Positions 21,901-30,069 of a stretch of 64,000 bases of DNA are shown here, piece by piece. The notes under the pieces were generated by a model. It worked only from the letters and a program-made list of their open reading frames with translations. It did no database searches and was not told where the DNA came from. The DNA is from Deferribacterales bacterium (GTDB lineage: Bacteria > Chrysiogenota > Deferribacteres > Deferribacterales > Geovibrionaceae). Both the position numbers and the translations under genes were made by a program. The number at the start of each line of letters is the position of its first letter. Position 1 is the stretch's first letter. The stretch lies in contig JBFWJS010000004.1 in the NCBI GenBank assembly GCA_050253075.1, forward strand, positions 1 through 64,000, read 5' to 3'.

Positions 21901-22341
21901 TTCTGCACACGCTCATTCTTCTATCCTTTAGATAAGGAAGAAGAGATCGAGCTCGACATCGAAGAGGGCAAGACGCTGATAATAAAATACCTCGGACTCA
22001 GCGAACCAGACGCCAGAGGTATCAGAAAAGTATACTTTGAGCTGAACGGACAGGCCAGATCCGTAATGATCAAAGACGCAACACTCACGGACATAATTAA
22101 ATCAAATGCCAAAGGTGACCCTGCGAACCCTAATGACGTATGCGCTACAATGCCCGGCAGCATTACAAAGGTGAACGTAAAGGTTGGCGATAAGGTCTCC
22201 AAAGGCGATATACTCCTCATCACCGAGGCGATGAAGATGGAAACAAAGATAGCCGCTGCTACCGACGGCGAGGTATCCGATGTTCTTCTTCACGAAGGTG
22301 ACAAGATCGAATCAGGCGACCTCCTCATGACTATTGCCTGA
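18907..22341 (+). CDS. pyc: Pyruvate carboxylase (single-chain)
   Basis: ANRGEIA biotin carboxylase, RDAHQSLLATR carboxyltransferase, EAMKME biotin site. Confidence 0.97.
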   Translation: MRIKKLMSANRGEIAIRTFRACTEMGIRTVALYSDEDKYSLHRYKADEAYLIGKGLDPVAAYMNIDEIIQLAVKKKVDAIHPGYGFLAENAQFAKACQDAGIIFVGPTSETINMFGDKKNAKELAKTCGVPVIGGSEGIVSTTEEAMAISESIGYPVLIKAVAGGGGRGIRVAKDKKELLDNYDSAKSEALKAFGNGDIIIEKYIEEPKHVEVQLLGDKHGNLVHLYERDCSIQRRHQKLIEIAPSISVATDTLNKMYDSAISIGKKSNLQNAATVEFLVDKNQEFYFLEVNPRLQVEHTISELITGIDIVQAQILIAQGERLDSPDIDIKSQESVRKNGYAIQCRVTTEDPENNFFPDTGEIEAYRIATGFGVRLDAGNGFANAKISPHYDSLLVKVSTHAHSFYQSARKMQRALSEFRIRGVKTNIQFLEKVVSHDKFLAGEITTTFVDTNKDLCVFKQRQDRASKALKFLANNIVNNPSGSRLNDNIILPNINPPVVPYGQQVPTGTKDILNRQGVEGVMDYLRHNKEALFTDTTFRDAHQSLLATRMRSKDMLDVAEYYAQNLSGLFSMEMWGGATFDVAYRFLKESPWDRMAKLREKVPNILFQMLLRASNAVGYTNYPDNVVKEFIKLASEHGMDIFRIFDCFNWVDQMIPAIEEVKKNGRIAEAAICYTGDITDPRRTKYSLKYYTGLAKELAEAGTDIIGIKDMAGLLKPYAAKTLIKAIKEETGLPVHFHTHNTSGNAEAAALMAFEAGADIIDAAVSSMSGLTSQPNMNSIAAALEGQEKHSKLDTKAMQNVSDYFDRVRRYYFPFESGMKASSAEVYMHEIPGGQYSNLIVQVEAMGLIDRWEEVRLMYADVNRELGDIIKVTPSSKVVGDLALFLVRNNLKVEDIYEKGETLNFPDSVVSFFQGMLGQPYGGFPKRLQEIVLKGEKPLDGRPGELLTDFDFAAAAKELKDQFGREFSPTEIISYALYPAVFKDYIKFNNEYGDPSVFCTRSFFYPLDKEEEIELDIEEGKTLIIKYLGLSEPDARGIRKVYFELNGQARSVMIKDATLTDIIKSNAKGDPANPNDVCATMPGSITKVNVKVGDKVSKGDILLITEAMKMETKIAAATDGEVSDVLLHEGDKIESGDLLMTIA

Positions 22342-22368
22342 TTGATAGCCTGAAAACTCAACATACTG

Positions 22369-22401
22369 AGAGCCCGTCTGCACATGCATGCGGGCTTTTT
22401 C
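22369..22401 (+). terminator. Intrinsic terminator after pyc
   Basis: agcccgtctgcacatgcatgcgggcttttt. Confidence 0.7.
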
Positions 22402-22458
22402 AGTTTATAGGAAATGAAGTTACAACTTCGCTGTCACAGCTTGAGCATTTGCAAAAAC

Positions 22459-22556
22459 GTCACTGCGAACCTGCAAGGTGAAGCAGTCTTCCAACGTTTT
22501 TGTCAAATTTACTTGGAAGGTTGCTTCGTCAAACCTATGGTTTTCCTCGCAATGAC
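22459..22556. repeat. CGTC-type palindromic element pair
   Basis: gtcactgcgaac...gaagcagtcttccaa / ttggaaggttgcttcg...ctcgcaatgac; homologous to the reverse complement of 33288-33377. Confidence 0.75.
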
Positions 22557-22721
22557 TTTCAGGCTCTAAAGCTGTGATTTACTCATCCATCCACGAATAA
22601 ATGCGTGGCGTTCTACTCGCTTCGCCCATACGGCTAAAGCTAGAGCCTGCGACCAAATAAAAAAGCCTGCCGATTTCAAACCGACAGGCCTTTATTTATC
22701 AAAGCGTGTTTAAAAGCTTTA

Positions 22722-23990
22722 TTAGAATGCGAATCCTAGGTTAACAGAGTAGCCGTTCACGCCTTCCTCTGCGAACATGTAGGTGAATCCGATGCGGGCT
22801 TTTCTCATGAGCTTAGCCATTTTGCCGCCCTTCTCTTTCTCAACAACTTTTGAGAAACCGTAAGAAATACCGACTTCGTTGTATGTTTCAACATAGAGCT
22901 CAGAACCGAAGTATCTTGTATCAGTAACAAACAGTTCGAAGCTGGTGCCTTTTTTCAGCCCGTCTGAAGGGATGTTCAGGTTAAGGCCGTTGCGGAGCAC
23001 GGTATTCTGTATGTCTACGTCGATGGAATAATCGCCGTAGTTGAAAGGTATCGTCTGGTATCTACCTATCATGTTGCCCATTGTCAGCGTGTATTTACCC
23101 AGCTTAAAGTTGTATGAACTGGTGAGAGATCCGCTGATGATCTGTGCTACGGATGCGAGGTCAATAGAACCGACAGCGCCGTATCCGATAGCAGGAGTAA
23201 GGCTCCACTGGTCTTTTATAAAGTATGTGAGACCGAGACCAAGACCGAAGTTATAAGCCTCTGAACCGTCTACGTCGACATATGATATAGGCATACGGAT
23301 GCTCATGGAGTTCTTCGAACCGTCGAATCTGATGGTGTATGCGAGGGGCAGAGAGTAGGATGTACTGCTCACGCCGTCGAGGTCATAGTTTGAGTATCTG
23401 GCAAATACGGAGATCATGTTTGCGTTGATGCTCCCCTGATCGCCCATACCTGCGTTGTTCATCTCGATAGCCTCGTCAGAGTTCACACCGTAGAGGAAGT
23501 CTGAAGCGACCATTCTGGACTGTAAACTCGTAGGGTTACCTGCTACAGGGTCTGTGGGCGTCTCGGCAACGAGCTCCTGCATGAGCTTTGTCACGGCATC
23601 TTCGCCGTTATCTTTAAGCCAGTCTTCTATCATGTCCACACTGTCATCCCTGTCTGTTCCTGTGAATGTCTCTGAAACACCGATGCTGGGGATCTCGAGA
23701 ACTATAGTAGTAGAGTTCTGAGCGATGGAAAGATAAATAGGCACACCACGGAAGTTGATCGTGGCGTTTGCCGCTGTAATGTCTTCGTCATAGTTTGTGA
23801 TGTGATTCTGGATCTCGTCCGTGTCGAGGTTGTCGATAACATCCTCTACAGATGAGAAACTGTCAGTATATACATCGGGGGTTGCTGCGTCAGGGTTCGC
23901 CACTATCGTAAGGTCGAACACCCCTGCATAAAGCGTAGCGGGCAATAAAATAGTAAAAGCCGCTATTGTGAGAAATAGGTTCCTAAACAT
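22722..23990 (-). CDS. Hypothetical exported protein, probable C-terminal outer-membrane beta-barrel
   Basis: Signal peptide; alternating beta-strand pattern; ends in aromatic F (VNLGFAF); AGGAGG RBS. Confidence 0.6.
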   Translation of the reverse strand: MFRNLFLTIAAFTILLPATLYAGVFDLTIVANPDAATPDVYTDSFSSVEDVIDNLDTDEIQNHITNYDEDITAANATINFRGVPIYLSIAQNSTTIVLEIPSIGVSETFTGTDRDDSVDMIEDWLKDNGEDAVTKLMQELVAETPTDPVAGNPTSLQSRMVASDFLYGVNSDEAIEMNNAGMGDQGSINANMISVFARYSNYDLDGVSSTSYSLPLAYTIRFDGSKNSMSIRMPISYVDVDGSEAYNFGLGLGLTYFIKDQWSLTPAIGYGAVGSIDLASVAQIISGSLTSSYNFKLGKYTLTMGNMIGRYQTIPFNYGDYSIDVDIQNTVLRNGLNLNIPSDGLKKGTSFELFVTDTRYFGSELYVETYNEVGISYGFSKVVEKEKGGKMAKLMRKARIGFTYMFAEEGVNGYSVNLGFAF

Positions 23991-24094
23991 ACTCTCCTCC
24001 TTAATACTTCTTTACACTTATCCACAATGTTACCATATATCGTTTCATATTCAAACTTTTAGACAGTTATATAAATGCAAAAAATTGTGAAAAT

Positions 24095-25897
24095 TCACTT
24101 TTTTGAAGAGAGGAAAAGAGCGATATTTCTCGCCGTATTGAGAGGGATGGAGCAGAGAGTGGCTATCTCTTCTGCTGTCAGGTCGTTTCTGTCGTGTATA
24201 TCAGGGAGGACTTCCAGTATCTTTTTAACGGTCTTTTCGCCTACGCCCTCGATGTCGAGCAGAGGGGAGCGCTTAAAGTTTTTCAGAGCCAGCTTCCTGC
24301 TGTAGTCGATGGCAAAGCGGTGGGATTCATCACGCACTTTCTGTATGAAGAGCAGGACAGGGTCATTCTTCTTCAGGTTCAGCGGATTCTTACGCCCGGG
24401 TATGTGGACGGATTCGATGGAATCCTCCTGCTTATCCTTCATAAATTTTATGCTGCGCCCTTTGGATATGGAGATAAAGTCGGCGTCTATGCCTGCTTCC
24501 TCCATAGCTCTCAGAGCGGAATTGAGCTGTCCTATCCCTCCGTCTACAACGTAAAGGTCAGCCTTCGGCTCGGTGCCTTCTTTTATGTTTTCAAACTTTC
24601 TGGTGAACAGCTCGTATATGCTTACAAAGTCGTCATTCTCCGCTGACTGTATGCGGTATTTCCTGTAGTCCGCTTTGGAGAATTCGCCGTCTATGCTGAC
24701 GATGGACACGCCCACAGTGCCCGAACCGCCTAGGTGGGATATATCCACACACTCTATACGGGAGACACTCTCGACACCGACCACCTTTTTCAGTCGTTCG
24801 CTTATGTCCTTGCGCTTTGAGAGCTTTTTCAGATACAGGTCTGTCTGCACCCTGCCGTTTTCCAGAGCGAGCTTTTCCACGGCAGCATAGCCTCGCCTGC
24901 GGAAGCGTATCTTTTTTTCAGACAGCTTTTCTATAGCCTCATGGAGGGAATCGCTCTCCCCCAGTCCGGCGACGTATATCATCTCGGGATAGTTCCGTAT
25001 GGCGGAGTAAAGCTGAAGTACGAAAGACTCAAGCACCTCAGCGGGGTTTTCGTCATCCTCCAGTATCTCCGTGCGGCTGCCTATCATCCTGCCCCCTCTT
25101 ATGAACATTGCGGTGATACCGCTGACGTTCTCAAACACATGGGGGACAAAGACATCTATGCTGGAAGTATCCTCAGGCATCACGACAGTCTGTTTTGTGA
25201 ACAGCTTCGACAGACCTTTCAGCCTGTCCCGCATTAGGGCTGCTTCTTCGAACTTCATCTCTTCGGAAAGGCGCATCATCTCGGCCTGCATATGCTCCTT
25301 CAGATCGGTGATATTCCCTCGGAAGAACTCACGCACCTCTTCCACCAGCTGCATATACCGGTTTCTGCTGATCAGCTTTTCACAGGGGCCGAGGCATTTC
25401 TTTATCTGATATTTCAGGCAGACCTTCCCCTCTTTGAACTTTGTGTCGTTGCAGGAGCGCAGGGGGAACACACGCAGGAGCTCCTCCACGATGGAGCGAA
25501 GACCGCTGACATCCACAAAAGGGCCGAAGTATTCGCCGTTTTTCCCCGTCTCACGGGTTATGCGGAGCTTTGGATAATTTTCGTCTGTGATGAGTATGAA
25601 CGGATAACTCTTGGAGTCTTTCAGCCGAACGTTGTATCTCGGCTTTTCGGTCTTTATGACATTATTTTCCAGAAGGAGTGCTTCCGCCTCGGACGATGTC
25701 ACCACAAAGCGGATGTCACGTGCAGATTGAAGCATCTTTCTGGTACGTATAGGTTTATTGTCGAAATCAACAAAATACGAAGAGACCCTGTTCCGCAGGT
25801 TTTTAGCTTTACCCACGTAAAGGATCTCTCCGTTTTTTCCTAAGTAGAGGTATATACCCGGGTTTTCGGGTATGTCTTTTAATTCAGGCTTAAACAT
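24095..25897 (-). CDS. uvrC: Excinuclease ABC subunit C
   Basis: GIY-YIG (PGIYLY...YVGKAKNL), UVR, RIECVDISH, DGGIGQL, RDESHRFA, HhH. Confidence 0.96.
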   Translation of the reverse strand: MFKPELKDIPENPGIYLYLGKNGEILYVGKAKNLRNRVSSYFVDFDNKPIRTRKMLQSARDIRFVVTSSEAEALLLENNVIKTEKPRYNVRLKDSKSYPFILITDENYPKLRITRETGKNGEYFGPFVDVSGLRSIVEELLRVFPLRSCNDTKFKEGKVCLKYQIKKCLGPCEKLISRNRYMQLVEEVREFFRGNITDLKEHMQAEMMRLSEEMKFEEAALMRDRLKGLSKLFTKQTVVMPEDTSSIDVFVPHVFENVSGITAMFIRGGRMIGSRTEILEDDENPAEVLESFVLQLYSAIRNYPEMIYVAGLGESDSLHEAIEKLSEKKIRFRRRGYAAVEKLALENGRVQTDLYLKKLSKRKDISERLKKVVGVESVSRIECVDISHLGGSGTVGVSIVSIDGEFSKADYRKYRIQSAENDDFVSIYELFTRKFENIKEGTEPKADLYVVDGGIGQLNSALRAMEEAGIDADFISISKGRSIKFMKDKQEDSIESVHIPGRKNPLNLKKNDPVLLFIQKVRDESHRFAIDYSRKLALKNFKRSPLLDIEGVGEKTVKKILEVLPDIHDRNDLTAEEIATLCSIPLNTARNIALFLSSKK

Positions 25898-26020
25898 AGC
25901 CTAAGATTATATTTCACTTTCCTGCTATGGTCAATCCATGAGCAGGGAACAGGTGTGTCCGTATACCTTTCTGCACTCTAAGCCAATGCAAAATCGCTTA
26001 AACATTTTGGTTCGTTTCTC

Positions 26021-26205
26021 GCACAAAACTTCACGAACGCAGGTTTTGTGCACACTTAAAAGGTTCAGGATGAACCTCGCGGAGTGTACCGCAGCGTAAC
26101 TTGTAAGCGCAGGTACAAACAAAGCGGGGCGAAGCATGGATTTTATCCCTGCTGAGCCTTAGCACAAAACTGCACGGACGCAGGTTTTGTGCACATTTAA
26201 AAGGT
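26021..26205. repeat. Two 44-bp direct repeats, each a hairpin
   Basis: gcacaaaact(t/g)cacg(a/g)acgcaggttttgtgcaca(c/t)ttaaaaggt at 26021 and 26162, 3 mismatches. Confidence 0.85.
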
Positions 26206-26550
26206 AATTAACCTTGTACCGCTTTGGAGCATTCTGGTAACAGGCTCGCCCATATAGCGGACATCAACGCCTATCTCGGCTAGCCTTTCAGACACACCGT
26301 ATGCGTCAGAGTTCTCTTTGCACGCCGAAACCCTGACCCCTGCAGAAATCATTTCCTGCACTTTTCCCTGGATAACCTCATCTTCTGCTAAAAGCTTTGC
26401 CGAAGGGCCCCAGATCACAAGGTGTACTTCATCCCACCATTCTCTGCATTTCGCATTCAGCGTATACATGAACACGGTGGTCTCCGCCACATCACGATTT
26501 GAGGAACTCCAGATAACAGCTAGTTCATTGTTGTCTAATGTGACTGTCAT
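26197..26550 (-). CDS. DsrE-family protein
   Basis: WWDEVHLVIWGPSAKL, VSACK, ends ITF. Confidence 0.8.
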   Translation of the reverse strand: MTVTLDNNELAVIWSSSNRDVAETTVFMYTLNAKCREWWDEVHLVIWGPSAKLLAEDEVIQGKVQEMISAGVRVSACKENSDAYGVSERLAEIGVDVRYMGEPVTRMLQSGTRLITF

Positions 26551-26722
26551 GACTTCCTCCTGTAAAATAATTATACATGTAAAGGTAGGACGTCTTCTGA
26601 CAATATCAAGGCTAATCGGATATTTTTGATCTTAATTTAACATAAAATAAAGGGCACCCGAAAGTGCCCTAAGTATGGAAGATTGCATGTAAAAAGGTAC
26701 AAACACCTTTAGGAGTTGCAAT

Positions 26723-27100
26723 TTAGTGAGAACAAGAATGTGTTCCGTGGGAACATGTCCTCATGTTTACAGTGAGTCTTTCGAGCTCACCGCTGTTATA
26801 GAGTCTGATGTCGTCCTCGATGAGCCCGCTGCCCGAACGCATAACTTCTATGCCGTCCTGCATAAGTCTCATCAGAGCGCCCTGGCCTATCCCGCCCACA
26901 ACGACAGCATCGACTGATCTGCCGGACAGAGCGGATGCAGGGTTGCATGCGCCGTGCTCGTGGTTTATGTCTCTGTTGTCTATATAGTCAAGCTCTTCGG
27001 ACTCTGTATCATACATAACAAAGCCGGGAGCGGAGCCGAAATGGCCGTAAACACTGCTTGAAATACCGTTGTTTTCTTCAACCGGGAAACATACTTTCAT
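26723..27100 (-). CDS. NifB/NifX-family (FeMo-cofactor-binding-like) protein
   Basis: MKVCFP, VYGHFGSAP, HEHGACNP, VGGIGQGA, C-terminal Cys/His tail. Confidence 0.85.
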   Translation of the reverse strand: MKVCFPVEENNGISSSVYGHFGSAPGFVMYDTESEELDYIDNRDINHEHGACNPASALSGRSVDAVVVGGIGQGALMRLMQDGIEVMRSGSGLIEDDIRLYNSGELERLTVNMRTCSHGTHSCSH

Positions 27101-27130
27101 GACTTCCTCCTTACGTCTACAAGGTTAAAA

Positions 27131-27150
27131 TAATCAACATATGTTCATTA
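27131..27150. promoter_or_regulatory. Palindromic operator candidate upstream of the NifX-like/DsrE genes
   Basis: TAATCAACATATGTTCATTA, near-perfect 20-bp palindrome next to a TTGACT -35. Confidence 0.5.
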
Positions 27151-27181
27151 GTCAATAAGAAATATTCCCGTCTTTTTAAAA

Positions 27182-28162
27182 TCAGATATACTCCGGCTGC
27201 AGTGTCACGTGTCCTATCTTGAACTTATACTTCAGGTCATGGTTTATCTTACAGACAAGGTCGTGATAGCAATCTTTATCCTCACAGTTTATGGCTATAT
27301 GGGCAGACATACAGTACATCTTATGTGTTACTTCCCAGATGTGTACGTCGTGGATATCTTTCAGGTTTTCGTATCTGTCTGTCAGATAGTCCTGCACCTC
27401 GTTTATATCAACGGGTGACGCCTCCAGCAGTACATTCACCGAGCTTTTAAACAGCCCGTAAGACCACTTTGCGATGACCCCTGCCACCATAAGGGCGAGT
27501 ATAGGGTCTATGATGTACCAGTCGGTGAAATATATCACCACGGCACCGACAACGATGGCGAGTGAGGAAACGGTATCCGCCATCATGTGAAAGAATGCTG
27601 AGCGGAGGTTTACGTTTGTCATGTCCCCCTTCATGAGGATGACGCCTGTGACGACATTCACCACCAGCCCGATGAAGGCAACTGTCATGGTTGTCCCCGC
27701 CTCTATTTCCATAGGGTTGATGAACCTGTCCACTGCCTCGTATAATATCCACAAGACAGACAGCCCGATGGTCAGGGCGTTTATAAAAGCGGCGAGCACC
27801 TCCAGACGGTGGTATCCGAATGTCTTTGATGCGGGAGCCGTGCGGGATGCCATAACTATCGCCAGCCAGCTTATCCCCAGTGCGAACGAATGGGTGAACA
27901 TGTGAATGGCGTCGCTGATAAGGGCGAGTGAGCCCGCCAGCAGTCCGTATACTATCTCTACTATCATAGTGCTGAATGTTATAATGAGCGAGATTCCGAG
28001 CACTCTCTTATCTACGCTGCGGTAGTCGTGTGAATGATCATGTCCGTGATCATGCTCATGGCTGTGCCCGTGGTCATGGTCGTGGTCGTGATCATGATGA
28101 TGGTGATGATCGTCACCTGCGATGGGCGCATGGTCATGACACCCGAATAAACATTTTTCCAT
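27182..28162 (-). CDS. Cation diffusion facilitator (CzcD/DmeF-like metal efflux)
   Basis: His-rich N-terminus, SLALISDAIHM, FGYHRLEVLAA, AFFHMMAD, HVTLQPE. Confidence 0.92.
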   Translation of the reverse strand: MEKCLFGCHDHAPIAGDDHHHHHDHDHDHDHGHSHEHDHGHDHSHDYRSVDKRVLGISLIITFSTMIVEIVYGLLAGSLALISDAIHMFTHSFALGISWLAIVMASRTAPASKTFGYHRLEVLAAFINALTIGLSVLWILYEAVDRFINPMEIEAGTTMTVAFIGLVVNVVTGVILMKGDMTNVNLRSAFFHMMADTVSSLAIVVGAVVIYFTDWYIIDPILALMVAGVIAKWSYGLFKSSVNVLLEASPVDINEVQDYLTDRYENLKDIHDVHIWEVTHKMYCMSAHIAINCEDKDCYHDLVCKINHDLKYKFKIGHVTLQPEYI

Positions 28163-28166
28163 ATTG

Positions 28167-28460
28167 CTACTTCCCGAATACTTTTAATATTTCCAGAAAC
28201 TGACTGAGCTGTGCTTCTGCCTCTTCCTTCTCTTTATTCCGCATGTCGTCCACCATATGCCCCTTAGCATATATCTCAAGGTATTCGCTCATCATAGAGT
28301 GCACGGCGCCCTTTACGGATGCCAGCATGTGTATGAGCTCGTACGGGTCACGGAATTCGTAGTTCTCGTCGCCGAGGCACTCTTTTATACGGTTCACCTG
28401 ACCTGATATCCTGCTTACACGGTTATACAGCTTCTTTTTCGCTTCTTTCGAATGAGACAT
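28167..28460 (-). CDS. RcnR/CsoR-family metal-sensing repressor
   Basis: MSH N-terminus, RVSRISGQV, LASVKGAV; upstream of the CDF gene. Confidence 0.82.
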   Translation of the reverse strand: MSHSKEAKKKLYNRVSRISGQVNRIKECLGDENYEFRDPYELIHMLASVKGAVHSMMSEYLEIYAKGHMVDDMRNKEKEEAEAQLSQFLEILKVFGK

Positions 28461-28495
28461 TAACACACCCCTAAGTTAAGTTTCTAACCTGCAAT

Positions 28496-28518
28496 ATAGG
28501 ATAGGGGGGTATACTATG
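28496..28518. promoter_or_regulatory. RcnR/CsoR-type operator (G-tract flanked by AT inverted repeat)
   Basis: ataggata-gggggg-tatactat immediately upstream of the repressor gene. Confidence 0.75.
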
Positions 28519-28610
28519 CAATAGTTTTTTAAAACAAAAAAGGGGTACACATGCACCCCTTAAATAATCAGGCCTATGAAAAGACCTCACACTTTTATAT
28601 GTAGAACAGC

Positions 28611-29318
28611 CTATTCATTAGGCTTCCAAACTTTCCACACTTTACCGACAAGGTCAGGGCCGGGGTGCAGGACAGTCTGTCCGGGCTCCCACCCTGCAGG
28701 GCAAACCTCTCCGCCTTTTGTCGCGCGGACATGCTGGAATGCTTTTACCTGTCGGATAGTTTCTGATATTTTTCTGCCGACCGGAGGTGTGAGAACCTCC
28801 ATGGCTTGTATGACGCCGTCAGGGTCGATGATGAACCTGCCTCTGATATCAACGCCTGCTGTTTCATCGTAAACGCCGTATGCGGTTCCGAGCCCGCCGC
28901 CGGCATCTGATAGGATTGGAAATGGGACTTTTTTCTTTGTGATCATCTTGGAAAGTTCTTCTTCTTCCCAGATTTTGTGAACGTGGACGCTGTCCACAGA
29001 ACAAGCGAGCACTTCGACTCCGAGTTCTTTTAAATCTTCGTATTTTTCTGCGACCGCAGAAATTTCAGTAGGTCAGACGAATGTGAAATCGCCCGGGTAG
29101 AAACAAAGCAGAAGCCATTTACCCACGTAGTCTGAGAGCTTTACTGGGACGTATTTACCGTCGAAGTATGCAGTCATCTCAAACTCGGGAGCCTTTCTGC
29201 CGACACGTGCCTGGCTCATAGTGCGTTCCTCCTCTTTCTTCTCAATCTTTTCCGCAGCTTTCTCCTCTCCGACAACCTGCCCGACAGGTCTGCTGCATCC
29301 TACAGGCTGCTCACTCAT
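28611..29318 (-). CDS. prxU: Selenocysteine-containing peroxiredoxin PrxU (UGA recoded at 29073-29075)
   Basis: Two in-frame ORF halves join as [17 protein letters not shown]; resolving Cys [13 protein letters not shown]-like hairpin 3' of the UGA; alternative start 29219. Confidence 0.9.
29045..29062 (-). other. Bacterial SECIS-like hairpin
   Basis: TTTCTGC-GGTC-GCAGAAA starting after a 10-nt spacer 3' of the UGA. Confidence 0.7.
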
Positions 29319-29449
29319 ATAAGCACCTCCATTTGTATTATTATAACACAAAATTAACATCCCGCATGGCTTATGGATAAAAATTATCGTTTACTTCAAC
29401 TTTATTTGTGATATACTAAGATATTCTGATTATCCAAAAGGAGGACATA

Positions 29450-29956
29450 ATGAGAAAAAGATATGAAACCAGTATCAAGCTGCTAAACGAAGCGGTCGCC
29501 GACGAGATTTCGGCTCTGCATCAGTATATGTACTTTCACTTTCACTGCGACGATCAGGGCTATGATCTCCTCGCAGGTCTCTTCCGCAGGATAGCCATAC
29601 AGGAAATGATGCATGTGGAAAAGCTCGCTGAAAGGATACTCTTCCTCGACGGCGATGTAGAGATGAAGGCTAATGCCGAGGTCGTGAAAGAGCGTGATGT
29701 CAAAAAGATGCTCGAAATGGCTCAGAAGATGGAAGACTCCGCAGTTGAGATGTATAACAAGTTCGCCATAGAGTGCGGACAGGCAAGCGACTCAGTTTCA
29801 AAGACACTCTTCGAAAGCCTCGTAGTGGACGAAGAAGGACATTACGACAACTTTGACGACGAGCTTGAAAACATGGCACGCTTCGGTGAGAACTACCTCA
29901 CTCTTCAGGCGATAGAAAGAGCACGTACAAGACAGGCAAACCAGCCCGCCGAATAA
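29450..29956 (+). CDS. bfr: Bacterioferritin
   Basis: Ferroxidase motifs ADEISALHQY, EMMHVE, DEEGH; AGGAGG RBS. Confidence 0.88.
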   Translation: MRKRYETSIKLLNEAVADEISALHQYMYFHFHCDDQGYDLLAGLFRRIAIQEMMHVEKLAERILFLDGDVEMKANAEVVKERDVKKMLEMAQKMEDSAVEMYNKFAIECGQASDSVSKTLFESLVVDEEGHYDNFDDELENMARFGENYLTLQAIERARTRQANQPAE

Positions 29957-29979
29957 GGCAAACTTTTAACAGCATATAT

Positions 29980-30006
29980 AAAGCCCGTCTGAATGGCGGG
30001 CTTTTT
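29980..30006 (+). terminator. Intrinsic terminator after bfr
   Basis: aaagcccgtc-tgaat-ggcgggcttttt. Confidence 0.8.
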
Positions 30007-30069
30007 GCGTTTATGTTTCGGCATGTTTCAGCCGATATTTATATATACAGCACACAGTAAGGAGACATC

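Noticed and set aside
26021..26205. Possible mini-CRISPR array
   Set aside because: Only two 44-bp repeats with a 97-bp gap, one overlapping a gene end; no cas genes
29073..29075. Nonsense mutation making the peroxiredoxin a pseudogene
   Set aside because: The UGA falls exactly on the catalytic Cys codon and is followed by a SECIS-like hairpin
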